From NCBI GenBank assembly GCA_964510435.1, contig CAZEBU010000002.1, forward strand, positions 5,458-69,457: a DNA stretch of 64,000 bases. Direction: 5' to 3'. The DNA comes from an uncultured Candidatus Saccharibacteria bacterium. GTDB taxonomy: Bacteria > Patescibacteriota > WWE3 > UBA101185 > UBA10185. This document shows, piece by piece, positions 18,498 through 29,415 of this stretch. The notes below the pieces were generated by a model. That model made no database searches. It saw only the letters and a program-made list of their open reading frames with translations, and had not been told where the DNA came from. The translations under genes and the position numbers were made by a program. Position 1 is the first letter of the stretch. Each line of letters begins with the position of its first letter.

Positions 18498-19970
18498 TTA
18501 TTGATAGATATATATCTTAGGACCTTTTCTATACTCGTTATCAATACTCAAGAGCAATTTTCTATCAGCTTTGCCCGCATCTTCCGAGACAAGAACCGAT
18601 CTTGCCACCATATCATCCGCTTTTTTGATATGTACATTTTTTATCTCCACCCTCTCCAACACAGGTTTAAAATCAGCGTCTTCATAATACACAGTACTTA
18701 ACTCTCTCTTATTATCCTGAAGCCAATAATATAGCAGCTGGCGGGTGTCTTTTCGATAAAAAGTATAAGAACCTTGTAAAGTCAGCAAAACCGGTACTAA
18801 AAAAACCACCACCCAGATAAGTTCTTTATACTTGAACTTAAATTTAAACTTCTCCAAAGCTGAGATCAACAAACCAATGCCGCTGATAATAACAAATGGG
18901 TAGGCTACAAAATAATAGTGTGCCCGGTCATTCTCAAAACCTGTAATGTAGTATATGAAAAGCATACCCAGAACATTAAGATACAAAAGATCCCTTGTGT
19001 TAAAAAAACTTTTGTCTTTAATGATTTTCAGCAAGATATAAAACACAGAAACCAGAAACATAATTGCAAATGTATAACCAAAGTTCTCAAAAAGTTTTTC
19101 CGGAAAAATTAGAATAAATTCTCTAATATGCTCTCCTAAAGGCAAACTACCCACATTCTTAAATTGCCATAAAGCACCTTTCGGGCCATCCGTTCTTAAA
19201 AAAGTCTGGTAATCAAGAACGGCAAAGGGAGTTCCCGCCACAAAACCTATTAAAGAAGTAATTCCTGCAAAAACAAGGTTCTCTAAAGACTCCAAACTAA
19301 TTATTTTTTCGCTTCTTTCCCACCACAACCTAAAAAAATGCGCGAGTAAAATAGCAAAGATGATAATGGCTCCGTTATACTTTGTAGAAGCGGCCAAGCC
19401 CGCAAACAAGCCTGCTAATAAGTAATTAGAAACATTTTTCTTAAAGAGTATCCGTGTTGAAAAATAAAGCGACCAAGTAAGAAAAAAGGTCATAGGGACA
19501 TCCGCCAGCGAATAGTGAGAATGCCATACATGAAAGGGAACAACAGCAAAAGCCAGCGCCGAGAGTAAACCTGCTCTCCTGCCAAATAGATCCCTGCCAA
19601 TCAAAAATATAGGTAAAGCCGTTAAAGCACCTAAAACAGCTGAAAAAACTCTGGTTAACAAGTAGAAGATCAGTTTGTCATTCCAGATTATAGGTGCCAA
19701 GAAATAAGTATATTCCTTATAACCTAAGAGCTGGATCAAATCTCTTAATTTTGCAAAAACCATGTATAAGAAATAATTTAGGTATATATAGAGATGCGGC
19801 CAGTCAAAATGCCCGGGATTCTTAAAAAATCTAATACCTAGTGCTGAGCGAACGATGGTTGGCTCATCAGGGTGAAAAATAAATGGGAAAGAATGTGAAA
19901 TACCAATAAGCCTAATGGCTATGCCCACAGCTATAATTATTATAAGATATTTACTTGTCTTGTTTAACAT
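18498..19970 (-). CDS. GT-C (PMT/ArnT-like) membrane glycosyltransferase
   Basis: HPDEP (DE motif), FDWPHL, DVPMTFF and GLAASTKYNG motifs. Confidence 0.85.
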   Translation of the reverse strand: MLNKTSKYLIIIIAVGIAIRLIGISHSFPFIFHPDEPTIVRSALGIRFFKNPGHFDWPHLYIYLNYFLYMVFAKLRDLIQLLGYKEYTYFLAPIIWNDKLIFYLLTRVFSAVLGALTALPIFLIGRDLFGRRAGLLSALAFAVVPFHVWHSHYSLADVPMTFFLTWSLYFSTRILFKKNVSNYLLAGLFAGLAASTKYNGAIIIFAILLAHFFRLWWERSEKIISLESLENLVFAGITSLIGFVAGTPFAVLDYQTFLRTDGPKGALWQFKNVGSLPLGEHIREFILIFPEKLFENFGYTFAIMFLVSVFYILLKIIKDKSFFNTRDLLYLNVLGMLFIYYITGFENDRAHYYFVAYPFVIISGIGLLISALEKFKFKFKYKELIWVVVFLVPVLLTLQGSYTFYRKDTRQLLYYWLQDNKRELSTVYYEDADFKPVLERVEIKNVHIKKADDMVARSVLVSEDAGKADRKLLLSIDNEYRKGPKIYIYQ

Positions 19971-21504
19971 AAAAACGCCAATATTCCAATCCGTTTATAA
20001 AAATAGACGAATCCTGGATAAATTTTACCTCACTTTTAAGAACTTTTTCGGGAATCTCTTCATTTACAGCCAGAACAAGAATTTTATAATCTCCGGTACC
20101 GGAAATTCTAATATCTGAAACCAGGGAGTTGGGATAGATTGATCTTATGGGTTTTGTGTCTATGAATCCCACCTTTACTTGAGAACCATAATTCTCCTGT
20201 AGATGTTTCTTAACTTCAAAAATGCCTATACCAAAAGATTTCTGGGCTATTATCTTGTTGGCTTGCTGACTATTTCCGAATAAGGGACTGGTATAGGTAA
20301 ATTGGTAAGGGTGTAGCTTGATCACCGGCCAGATAACGTAGACCATAAATATTATTAAGAAAAGGAGTTTAAGGTTTTTATGAGAGTGATAAACTTTTAG
20401 CAGGCGGCAATATCCAAAAACAGCCATGATACCTAAGATGGGAAAGAGTACTATCATGTACCTATCGAGTTTCTTTGCGGGAAAAGTCATGACCAGAAAA
20501 TATCCCAGATAGAAAATGGCAAGATATATAAAAAGTCTTTTGGCTTTTTCTTTTAAATTCATCTTCGAAAAACTTCTTATAAAATTCAGGAGATAGAGCA
20601 ATACCCCACCTAGTAAGAAAGGCGATGTCTTCATTAATATCACTAGCGGATAAAAGAAAATACCCGGATCCTTGGTAAGCTCTCCAAAAAATATCTGACT
20701 ATGTCCTTTTCGAACACCTATTCTGCTACCTTCACTAAATATATCCTTTAGTACTTCCCACGGTTTATCCCACAAAGCAGGGAAAAATAAAAAAGTTGCC
20801 GCCAAAAAGGGTAGTGTGATTACTAAAACATACTTCAAAACTTTCCGAAAATCCCTCCGGGTATAATATAAGAAAGATCCTCCCACAATAATAGTGAATA
20901 GGTAGGCACCTACACCAATACTTCTGGTTAAAAAGGAGGCTGCTAAAAACAAGCCGCAAATTAAACCATAAGTTTTATCATCTGTCTTAATGTAAAGATA
21001 GGAAAGCAGTAACGAAGAAAAAATAAATAGCATAAAGATAAGGTCCATATGGTACAGTCTTGAATTACCAACAATAAAGGGCTCCATGCTCATAACAAAC
21101 ACCACCAGTAATGACTTTTTGAAGCCTATTACTTTTGTCAACCAGTAGATTATTAATATACTTAGCACTAGCTGTACCAAGACCAGGGAATATTTGGCAA
21201 TAAAGTGGAAAGCGTAAAAGCTAAATTGATCATAAAGGGTAATGTTGATGATCTGCTTAAAGATCTCTATAGGAATTCCCGTGAGCCACATTAAAGATAC
21301 GCCAGGATGATAGTGCTGATAAGTTTTGCTAAATATCTGGTGCTTAAGACCAACAACAAACTGTTCTGATCTGTAGTGCCAATTTACAGCATCCGGATTA
21401 ATTGTATCGAAACCCAGCTGAGGAAGTCTTGTGATAAGAAATAGGATCACAAAAACAAGTAGCCAAATGATGGTCTTTTTATTAAGCGTCTTTACCCAAT
21501 GCAT
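19951..21504 (-). CDS. GT-C (PMT/ArnT-like) membrane glycosyltransferase
   Basis: NPDAVNW, YHPGVSLMWL and KKLDRY motifs. Paralog of 16863-18494. Confidence 0.8.
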   Translation of the reverse strand: MHWVKTLNKKTIIWLLVFVILFLITRLPQLGFDTINPDAVNWHYRSEQFVVGLKHQIFSKTYQHYHPGVSLMWLTGIPIEIFKQIINITLYDQFSFYAFHFIAKYSLVLVQLVLSILIIYWLTKVIGFKKSLLVVFVMSMEPFIVGNSRLYHMDLIFMLFIFSSLLLSYLYIKTDDKTYGLICGLFLAASFLTRSIGVGAYLFTIIVGGSFLYYTRRDFRKVLKYVLVITLPFLAATFLFFPALWDKPWEVLKDIFSEGSRIGVRKGHSQIFFGELTKDPGIFFYPLVILMKTSPFLLGGVLLYLLNFIRSFSKMNLKEKAKRLFIYLAIFYLGYFLVMTFPAKKLDRYMIVLFPILGIMAVFGYCRLLKVYHSHKNLKLLFLIIFMVYVIWPVIKLHPYQFTYTSPLFGNSQQANKIIAQKSFGIGIFEVKKHLQENYGSQVKVGFIDTKPIRSIYPNSLVSDIRISGTGDYKILVLAVNEEIPEKVLKSEVKFIQDSSIFINGLEYWRFYVKQDK

Positions 21505-22366
21505 AGATAACTCCTCCAATTAAGCTAACTCCTAGTCTAAAAAGATGGTAGACCAAGGAGGCGCTTAAACTTAAACTTCCTAGAACTCCTACTACGGCAA
21601 ATAGTTTCATGTACAAGGCATCCTGCACACCAATACCGTTTAGTGAGGGGATAAAAAATCCTGCCAAAGTAATTACCGGAAATATAAAAAGCGCATACAC
21701 AATAGGGAGCTTTATTCCTAAAGCCAGAAAAACAAAATACTGCGTAGCTATGGCAAGAAACTGTACTATAAATGAGGTAATAAAAGCCCATAAAAGTATT
21801 TTGTTCTTGCCTCGATAGGCATTTAACGAATGGTAGAGTTTTCTTACCTTTTCGGATCTGGAACTTAGAAAACTTAATAAATAAAAACCTATGAGTATTC
21901 CTACTACAAAAACTATTAAAATTAGCGCTCCCCAAATCCCCAGCATTTTTACCAAACTAAAAACAGAAATTAAACCTAGAGCAACAACTCCGGTAAATCT
22001 CTCCATAAAGGTAGCCGAAAAAGCATCCACAGCATCACCAAGCTTTTTTCCCAGTTTGTAAACTTTATAGACGTCTCCACCAATGCTGGTGGGCATGAAG
22101 TTGTTAAAAAATGCACCGGTAAAATATAGGTAGGTCAGGTATTTCACAGATACCCTCTCGGAATTCTTATGGATCAATAATGTTTTCCATCTATAGGAGC
22201 TGACAAGATAGTTTGTGACCAAAAGAAGTATGATAAACGGCACATATCCATAATCCAAAAGCCTAAAATTATTAAGAAAGCTTTCTTTATCCACACCATA
22301 AAAAATAATGGCTATAAGACTCACGCTTATAGTGAGTTTAATAATAAAGTTCCTTTTTTCTTTCAT
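21482..22366 (-). CDS. Lysylphosphatidylglycerol synthase TM-domain (flippase-like) protein
   Basis: YRWKTLL, FFNNFMPTSIGGDVYK, FMERFTG and NGIGVQD motifs. Confidence 0.85.
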   Translation of the reverse strand: MKEKRNFIIKLTISVSLIAIIFYGVDKESFLNNFRLLDYGYVPFIILLLVTNYLVSSYRWKTLLIHKNSERVSVKYLTYLYFTGAFFNNFMPTSIGGDVYKVYKLGKKLGDAVDAFSATFMERFTGVVALGLISVFSLVKMLGIWGALILIVFVVGILIGFYLLSFLSSRSEKVRKLYHSLNAYRGKNKILLWAFITSFIVQFLAIATQYFVFLALGIKLPIVYALFIFPVITLAGFFIPSLNGIGVQDALYMKLFAVVGVLGSLSLSASLVYHLFRLGVSLIGGVIYALGKDA

Positions 22367-23832
22367 CTCTTCGAACCTTTAATAAAACCGGTAACTTTTT
22401 GGACAAAAGAAAACAGCTCCTCTTTTCTGATAAACCCTGCTATGTGTACTGACCATAAATACAAACCTACAAATATAAAATATGCCGGAAACTTAACATA
22501 AATATTAGAAATACTCCCCATATGGCTGACAACCAACGCCTGTACCATCAACAAAACATGCGCATAAGAAATAAACCTGATCTGCAGCCTACTTTGCAAG
22601 AGGCGCACCATATAAGCAAATCCTAAAAATGAACCCAAAAGCATTGAATACGACATGGTATAAACGGGGTTGTAAAACTTTCGGGTAATAAAATAGAAAC
22701 CTACGGTAACAATAAACATTAATAAAAATCCTAAAATCATATCTTTCACCTTTTTCGCGGGGATAGCCAAACTTGATTTTAAAATATTTATCAGAGAGAC
22801 AAAAATGAAACTAAACACCATGGGTAGCAACAAGGGTATTGCCTCGTTATATTTACTACTGCCGATCAAAACCTGTATTAACTCTTTTGCCCAATAAATT
22901 GCCGACATGGCAAAAAAGACGATAGTAACAAAGACTCTATTAAAGTTTTCGGCAAAGATATCCCTAAATTCCTTAATATTATGCACAAATTTCTCGGAAA
23001 AAACAGGTAGATTAACATCAGTTATGGCATCTGATACATGCATAAGTTTTTTGGCATACAACAAAGCAAAGGAATAGATTCCCAACCATTCAATATTACC
23101 GATAAATCCCAATAAGTTAGTTCCCGATCTTTCCCAGTTGATAACCAATATTTTTACAATGTAAATTGACATTCCTAAAGAAAACAATTCTTTGAAAATT
23201 TGTGTGAATTCATTTTTGGTGGGAAATCTCAATTTTTTGTAATAGGGTTTTAGGGCTATAATACCGTAACTTACAGTCTTTAGAGTTTCATGTATGAGTC
23301 CGGCATAAAAAAAGCCCAAAATCTTGTATTGATAAACCAAAGGAACGTAGAGGAGCAGGCTAACTAAAGCAACCACTACTTGGAAGATAAATAATTCTTT
23401 AAACCTCTTTGTGCCCGAAATAACTGCGTTAAAGATTGCTTGACTACCCTGCAGAAAGATGATCACCGCAAAAATTCGTAAAGGTAATAGTATCTCCATA
23501 AACTCATAGGCTGCAGAAATTCGCGGTGCAAAAACAAACAAACCCACGGCTATGGGAGTGGTTACCAGATATCTCACTGAAACGGTGGTAATAAATATTT
23601 TAAAGACATCTTTTTTCTTTTGGGCAGCAGCAATTTCTCTATTGGAAGCGCTAGCTAAGCCAAGATGTTGGTAGATCCCCAGTGCCGAACCCACCGAAAC
23701 CACTAACTGCACTAAACCCCACTCGCCAACACTCAATATGCGCAAAATTAAAAAGCTCTGGACTATACCCAAGAGCATGGCAGACATTCGAGAGACAAAA
23801 CTGATGAATTGCCACTTTTCTAATGAACGCAT
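22363..23832 (-). CDS. MOP/Wzx-like oligosaccharide flippase
   Basis: RILSVGEWG, LGL...REIA, LGIYSFA and LPVFS motifs; ~14 TM helices. Confidence 0.8.
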   Translation of the reverse strand: MRSLEKWQFISFVSRMSAMLLGIVQSFLILRILSVGEWGLVQLVVSVGSALGIYQHLGLASASNREIAAAQKKKDVFKIFITTVSVRYLVTTPIAVGLFVFAPRISAAYEFMEILLPLRIFAVIIFLQGSQAIFNAVISGTKRFKELFIFQVVVALVSLLLYVPLVYQYKILGFFYAGLIHETLKTVSYGIIALKPYYKKLRFPTKNEFTQIFKELFSLGMSIYIVKILVINWERSGTNLLGFIGNIEWLGIYSFALLYAKKLMHVSDAITDVNLPVFSEKFVHNIKEFRDIFAENFNRVFVTIVFFAMSAIYWAKELIQVLIGSSKYNEAIPLLLPMVFSFIFVSLINILKSSLAIPAKKVKDMILGFLLMFIVTVGFYFITRKFYNPVYTMSYSMLLGSFLGFAYMVRLLQSRLQIRFISYAHVLLMVQALVVSHMGSISNIYVKFPAYFIFVGLYLWSVHIAGFIRKEELFSFVQKVTGFIKGSKR

Positions 23833-23841
23833 AACTAAGTC

Positions 23842-23870
23842 ATTATATCTTGCTACGCTCGATGCGTCAC
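23842..23870 (-). promoter_or_regulatory. sigma70-type promoter
   Basis: GTGACG-17-TATAAT, 9 nt before ATG 23832. Confidence 0.6.
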
Positions 23871-23894
23871 TTTGTGACTAATCTAGTTTTGGGA

Positions 23895-26018
23895 TTAATT
23901 TACTGTTACCGTGCCTAAATACATGCTTCGGGTTCTTATTTTATTTCCCATACCTACAAATAAAAGATACTCTCCCGAATCAAGGAATTCAGGGGCAACC
24001 ACCTCAACACTCTCAAAATAATATCTGTTTTTTTCCCACTCCTCAGGCCTTTTTAAGGAAAAAGAGGGTAGATTAGCTAATTGATAAACTTCACCTGTTT
24101 CGCGGTTAACAAATGAGGTAAACATGAGATAGTCCTCTAAAGAAGTGTCCTTTTTAGATCCACTACCCCATCGGTGATAAACAATGTCAATTTTCTTGCT
24201 AATTCCTTTCTCAAAAACTTTGGGAATTTCGTAATCAACCACATTTACTCCTTGGAAAAATTCATAATCAAACTTGCCATCATAACGAAATATTTCTTGT
24301 ATAGGTAAAAGGGTTTCTTTATCATGTGGCCCTACTTTTTCGAAAACAAAAAAGTTCCCACAGCCGATTTTCAGTTCGTAATCTTCGCTTTTGATAACTT
24401 TCTCCACCACGTCCCTGATAATTTCCACGTCTATGTCCAAAATTGTGGTTATTTTTCTAGCAAAGACATCTATAATAAGGTAATCTGCCTCGTTATAAAG
24501 TGCCGGGAAAATGGCATACGTTTCTCTTTTAGCTAGGTGAGCGCCAAATGAATCTGAGCCGGAAACCGAAGCCCCGTCCGGTATCATTTTAACAATTTTT
24601 AATGCACACTCGCGATCTTTATCCTCCAGCTCTGTTAAACGCACAACTTCTCCTGTTGTCAGGTCTTTTTTGATAATTCCCTTGTCTGTCTTGGCAAAAA
24701 CTCGGGAAACGATTCTCTTCTGAAATGCCTGAGAAAGCCACAAATAAACCGGATTGTTGTAATAATGCATGGTAGTCAGGCTGAAAACAAAAACAAGCAG
24801 CGAAAACACCACTACGGTGTGTTTCTTTTTGATGTACTTCCGGAAAATATTCGAAAAATAGCCAATGGTCAATATTGTCGCGATGAACAAAACGGGAATG
24901 ATCATGGATATTCTATGATTGGTTATCTCCGCAGTACCGATACCTCCAGCAGAGGTCATAAAATTAATAATTAGATCCGGAAAAGCCATCGCCAAGGCTA
25001 AGGGGTGAGCAAAAGGCAGAAAAGCCAACGGCTCAAAAGTTCTACGAAAATTCTCCACTTTATCCCCTCCAAAGAAGACGCTCACCGATCTATCGGGCAT
25101 CAAAACTATATTTTTGGCTATTTCCAAATATGAATCACCAAATTCCTCATACCTATTAAGAAAATAATTGGGTAGGGCCACATCCCTCACGGTTGATCCC
25201 TGAATTCCCAAAGATTCGGCAAACTTTAAATAACCTTCCACCCTATATGAAGAATAGGCTGGAATAATTACAAAAAATGAAAGGAAAAACCAAACGGCAC
25301 TTACTAAAATCATGCTTGATCCCAGCTTGCCTGTTTTTGAAGAAAGCATACTTTTTAGATCCGGGTTTTCTTCATTCCTTAACAAAATGATAAATACCCC
25401 AAACATAAAGATATACAAGGGTACCTGCTCTTTTCCCATCATGGTAATTATTAAAAACACCCAAAAAAGAATCAGCGAGTTCTTATTGAGTGTGTTTTTC
25501 CGGTAATTTTTTTCGAAAATATAAAAGGCCGCTAAGAAAAACGGGATGACCGCCGTAACCCCATGAAAACCAGACCAAGCTGTTATATAACCTATGGAAG
25601 GATTTACCAAATAGGCTGTAGCTAGTAAAAAGGCAGCAAATTTTGATTGCAAATGAAGCTTAGCTATCGCATAAACCAAAAATGACGAAAAAATGACCAA
25701 TATTAACTGCGAGACCACCAAAGTCATAGCGTGTGGAAACAATTTAAAAATAGGTACAAAGAGATATAAAACAGGATCAACATGACTCATAGCCCACCTC
25801 GGTAAATTAGTCCCAAAATAATCAGTTAAGTATAGTCCTCTTCCTTGGCCGGCATTCCAAACCATTTGTGTCATATTCCCTAGATCAAATTTGCCGTAGT
25901 CAAAATTGCTATATCTAAAGAAATTTATCTTCAATGTTGCCGCCAACATTACCATGGAAAATAAAAATAACAAAACCAAAAAACCATGCTTTTTCATAAA
26001 AATAAAAATCTTTTGCAT
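23895..26018 (-). CDS. DUF2079-like GT-C membrane protein
   Basis: FDLGNMTQMVWN, HVDPVL, GFHGVT and KEQV motifs; multi-TM with a C-terminal soluble domain. Confidence 0.75.
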   Translation of the reverse strand: MQKIFIFMKKHGFLVLLFLFSMVMLAATLKINFFRYSNFDYGKFDLGNMTQMVWNAGQGRGLYLTDYFGTNLPRWAMSHVDPVLYLFVPIFKLFPHAMTLVVSQLILVIFSSFLVYAIAKLHLQSKFAAFLLATAYLVNPSIGYITAWSGFHGVTAVIPFFLAAFYIFEKNYRKNTLNKNSLILFWVFLIITMMGKEQVPLYIFMFGVFIILLRNEENPDLKSMLSSKTGKLGSSMILVSAVWFFLSFFVIIPAYSSYRVEGYLKFAESLGIQGSTVRDVALPNYFLNRYEEFGDSYLEIAKNIVLMPDRSVSVFFGGDKVENFRRTFEPLAFLPFAHPLALAMAFPDLIINFMTSAGGIGTAEITNHRISMIIPVLFIATILTIGYFSNIFRKYIKKKHTVVVFSLLVFVFSLTTMHYYNNPVYLWLSQAFQKRIVSRVFAKTDKGIIKKDLTTGEVVRLTELEDKDRECALKIVKMIPDGASVSGSDSFGAHLAKRETYAIFPALYNEADYLIIDVFARKITTILDIDVEIIRDVVEKVIKSEDYELKIGCGNFFVFEKVGPHDKETLLPIQEIFRYDGKFDYEFFQGVNVVDYEIPKVFEKGISKKIDIVYHRWGSGSKKDTSLEDYLMFTSFVNRETGEVYQLANLPSFSLKRPEEWEKNRYYFESVEVVAPEFLDSGEYLLFVGMGNKIRTRSMYLGTVTVN

Positions 26019-26019
26019 C

Positions 26020-26724
26020 TTAGTCTAAGAATCTATATCTCAGTAAAGTTAATAACGCTGACAAACCATCTTTCCAGGTAATCTTTTTACCTTCAGAATG
26101 AGTTCTCCCTTTATAAGAAATGGGTACTTCCTTTATTCTCATCTTTGCTTTAAGTATCTTTGCCGTAATTTCCGGCTCAAAATTAAACCCCTTAGACTTG
26201 ATGTTTATTTTCCTAATAAAATCCCCCGGCATTAATTTGTAACAAGTTTCCATGTCGGTCAGCAAGACACCAAATAAAATATTGGTCACTAGGGTAAGAA
26301 GTTTATTCCCCACATAATGCAGATTAGTCATATCCTCATAGTTACCGGAAAACCTTGAACCATAGATCACATCCACATCTTCTTCTTCTAAAACCCTCAG
26401 CAATTTAAGATAGTCGTTGGGTTCATACTCCAGGTCTGCATCCTGCACGATAACGTAATCTCCGGTGGTGTTTTTAAAACCTTCCTTTAGTGTGTCCCCT
26501 TTTCCGGAGTTTTCACTTTTGTAGTAGATCTTCAATTGAGGATCTTTTTTAAAAAGTTCTCTTAAAATATCCCGTGTGCCATCGTTGGAAAAGTCATCAA
26601 TAAGAATAATTTCCTTGGTAATTTTTCCTAGATCAACCTTTTTTACTTTAGCCAACAATTCTAAAACAGTTTTCTTCTCGTTAAAAACAGGTATAACAAT
26701 GGATAATTTTTTAACATGATGCAT
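26020..26724 (-). CDS. GT2, DPM1-like polyprenol-phosphate sugar synthase
   Basis: IPVFNE, IDDFSNDGT, QDADLEY, DMETCYK and FEPEITAK motifs. Confidence 0.9.
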   Translation of the reverse strand: MHHVKKLSIVIPVFNEKKTVLELLAKVKKVDLGKITKEIILIDDFSNDGTRDILRELFKKDPQLKIYYKSENSGKGDTLKEGFKNTTGDYVIVQDADLEYEPNDYLKLLRVLEEEDVDVIYGSRFSGNYEDMTNLHYVGNKLLTLVTNILFGVLLTDMETCYKLMPGDFIRKINIKSKGFNFEPEITAKILKAKMRIKEVPISYKGRTHSEGKKITWKDGLSALLTLLRYRFLD

Positions 26725-26726
26725 GA

Positions 26727-28262
26727 TTAGTCCACAAATTTCAAAATTTTCGTAAAAAACTCGGTACCTCTGATAGTATATCTGAATTCTTTTACCTCTT
26801 CTAAATGATCAACTTTCCGGGCATCAAAATCCATGGTGGGATTGTGCTCATTAGTGATCATAACGTAATCCAGGTTTTTCTCTGATAAAACATCATAGGT
26901 CCTTCCCACCCTAGCATCCATATTAAGATAAATTCCGGTAAGGTCGTCACCAGTTTGCCGGCGGTTTAAATACCAGTCTGAGACACTGCTCACATCGTTA
27001 TAAGCTACCCTACCCTGTAAATTTTTTGTCACATAAAGATTGGCGTCTATAACAGCTTTAAATATGTCTTTGTGAAGTGAAATAGAAGCGTACGACCAAA
27101 TAATTAACGACAAAATTAAAGTAGCCATGAACCAGGTATACTTCTTGAAATAAATAAAACTGAAATTAGCTATCTGCAACAGTATAGCTGCGTACAACAA
27201 CTGCTTATCCAAGATCAAGAATTGCAATCTCAAAAAGTATTGTGATAACAAATAAACCATAAATAACAAGGGCAGAGATAGGGTAATTTTAAACGAAAGG
27301 ATCCTATCTTCATGAAAATATTGGTAAATTGACATGGCCAAAGGAATGATCATAAGAGGAATTATGGGAGTAAATAATCTAGGAATAGCGGCGGGCCAAA
27401 TTAAAGCTAAGGTTAATTCTAAGATTATAAAGATACCCAAAGCTAAGTTTGTTGACAATAATCGTTTTAGCTTCCCATGTTTGCCAAAAACAAAAAAGAA
27501 GGCTGAGGTAAAACCAAAAAGATACAGTAAGGAAGCAAGATAGATCACAACCATACGCACATCATAAGCCCTGCCGCTTGGCTCCTCTAAATAGCTCGAG
27601 GTAAGGGGATTCCTGTACAAAAACCAAGGCATCATCACCAGAAGAAAAGTGATAAAAAGAACCGCCGCCTGCTTGATCTTTTCAGGCTTAAAACCCTTAA
27701 GCAACATACCCAAACCTAGAGATGCGCCCAAAAGATACCCTTCAAACCTCATCAGTGAAGCTAAACCTACAACTAGACCCAGCAGAGCTATTTTCCGGTA
27801 ATTTAAGTTTCCTTGCCATTTCCGATAAAGATAAAAAAGTAAGATTACCAAAGCGGTAAAAGGCAGGTCTGCCATAATCCGTATTGACCAGTAGAGTAAA
27901 ACCGGATTAAAAGTAAATAATAGTAAAGCCAGATCCTTAGTGCCTTTTTCCAGACTATAAGTCTCCAGTAATTTTTTAAATAGTAAAAAGGCGGCCAGAC
28001 TGAAAACAAACATTTCCACCCTACCCCAAAGCGCCTGATCCACATTTTCAGGTCTAAGGGCTAAAAGTAATGAAAACAAGGGTTGCCTCTTCTCATCTTC
28101 GGGGTACTCTCCCTGCCTGATAAACTCTGAGGCTCTCAATATGCGGTAGCTATCCCCCCACTCAGCATAATTAATGTTAAAGAGCAGTAGGTGGGTAACA
28201 ACAAAGATCCAAAATAATTTATTGGAGGTAATTTTCTTTAACACGCTTGTATATTCCCTCAA
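26727..28262 (-). CDS. GT-C (PMT/ArnT-like) membrane glycosyltransferase
   Basis: WGDS loop, RQPLFS, IMADLPF and LMRFEG motifs; multi-TM. Start uncertain. Confidence 0.75.
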   Translation of the reverse strand: MREYTSVLKKITSNKLFWIFVVTHLLLFNINYAEWGDSYRILRASEFIRQGEYPEDEKRQPLFSLLLALRPENVDQALWGRVEMFVFSLAAFLLFKKLLETYSLEKGTKDLALLLFTFNPVLLYWSIRIMADLPFTALVILLFYLYRKWQGNLNYRKIALLGLVVGLASLMRFEGYLLGASLGLGMLLKGFKPEKIKQAAVLFITFLLVMMPWFLYRNPLTSSYLEEPSGRAYDVRMVVIYLASLLYLFGFTSAFFFVFGKHGKLKRLLSTNLALGIFIILELTLALIWPAAIPRLFTPIIPLMIIPLAMSIYQYFHEDRILSFKITLSLPLLFMVYLLSQYFLRLQFLILDKQLLYAAILLQIANFSFIYFKKYTWFMATLILSLIIWSYASISLHKDIFKAVIDANLYVTKNLQGRVAYNDVSSVSDWYLNRRQTGDDLTGIYLNMDARVGRTYDVLSEKNLDYVMITNEHNPTMDFDARKVDHLEEVKEFRYTIRGTEFFTKILKFVD

Positions 28263-29415
28263 TTTGTTCCGCTTTCACATCCCAAGAGTAATTTTTCATA
28301 ATTTTATACCTATCAACTTGCCTGGGATTTTTTATCATCTCCGAAATTTTCTCGGCAATATGCATAGGTTCTAAATTTTCCAGGTATTCTAAACCCGTTA
28401 CTTCTTCCTCAAGCCTGAAACCAAAACCTAAAACGGGTGTTCCGCAGGCGAGAGATTCCATCACAACCTTGGGTTGCCCCTCAAAAGATGAAGGTAGGAC
28501 AAAAAGGTCAGCTGACTGGTAAGCTATGGGAATTTGAGGATAGGGTGTATAGCCTACTTTGATCACCCTATTTTTAATTTTTTTCTCCATGATCAAGGCA
28601 TCTAACTTTCCGGTATAGCTCTCGTCACCTTCACCTAAGAGGAATAATTTATAGTTTTTTGGTAAATAGGTTAACGACTCTATGATCAGATGGATATTTT
28701 TCCTTTCTACCAAAGCCCCAACATTAAGAATTATTTTGTCTTGTGGGTTTAACCTTAACTCGATCCTTGTTTTAGCTTTTTCTTCCGGATTTATGGGTTT
28801 AAAAAATTCTGGGTTAACTCCCGTTTCTACCACATAGCACCTGCTTGCTTGAGCTTTGTAGTATTGTATAGCTTCATTTCTTAATTTTTCCGAAACAAAA
28901 ATACAGGCTGAGGCAGTTTTAACCGCTAACCTATCAGATAATTCCGCTAAAGGCCAATCCAGTATCTTAGAAATTAACTTGATCTCCTTTTCGCTTTCTT
29001 CCAGTTTTACCCTCCTGCCTTTAACCGTATTGTGAAAATGCACGATAAGGGGCGTTTGCATTTCTTTGAGCCACGGAAAATATTTTCTTAGGATATTCCG
29101 ATAAAGGAAGATCCACAGTCCAAAATGCCCGTGGGCATGAATAATATCTACCTGGTTCCTACTTCGCCACTGTAAATAATTTAGAAACATGGCTAATGAA
29201 GAGGTAAAAGAAATTGTCCCCTGAAAAGGAGCACGCCATACTGTGTGCAATTTGACGTTTTGTAAAGTTTCCGGACCTCCTGCCTTAGGCCACAATCCAC
29301 AAAATATATCAATTTCATGCCCCAGTTTCACTTGTGATCTCGTCAACTCGTAAGGAGCAGGCGCTAACCCCATCCAAGGGGGAGGCCATTCGTAGACTAT
29401 ACGCGTAATTTTCAC
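28219..29415 (-). CDS. Glycosyltransferase family 4
   Basis: IIHAHG, GALVERKN and EGQPKVVMESLACG motifs. Confidence 0.92.
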   Translation of the reverse strand: MKITRIVYEWPPPWMGLAPAPYELTRSQVKLGHEIDIFCGLWPKAGGPETLQNVKLHTVWRAPFQGTISFTSSLAMFLNYLQWRSRNQVDIIHAHGHFGLWIFLYRNILRKYFPWLKEMQTPLIVHFHNTVKGRRVKLEESEKEIKLISKILDWPLAELSDRLAVKTASACIFVSEKLRNEAIQYYKAQASRCYVVETGVNPEFFKPINPEEKAKTRIELRLNPQDKIILNVGALVERKNIHLIIESLTYLPKNYKLFLLGEGDESYTGKLDALIMEKKIKNRVIKVGYTPYPQIPIAYQSADLFVLPSSFEGQPKVVMESLACGTPVLGFGFRLEEEVTGLEYLENLEPMHIAEKISEMIKNPRQVDRYKIMKNYSWDVKAEQIEGIYKRVKENYLQ

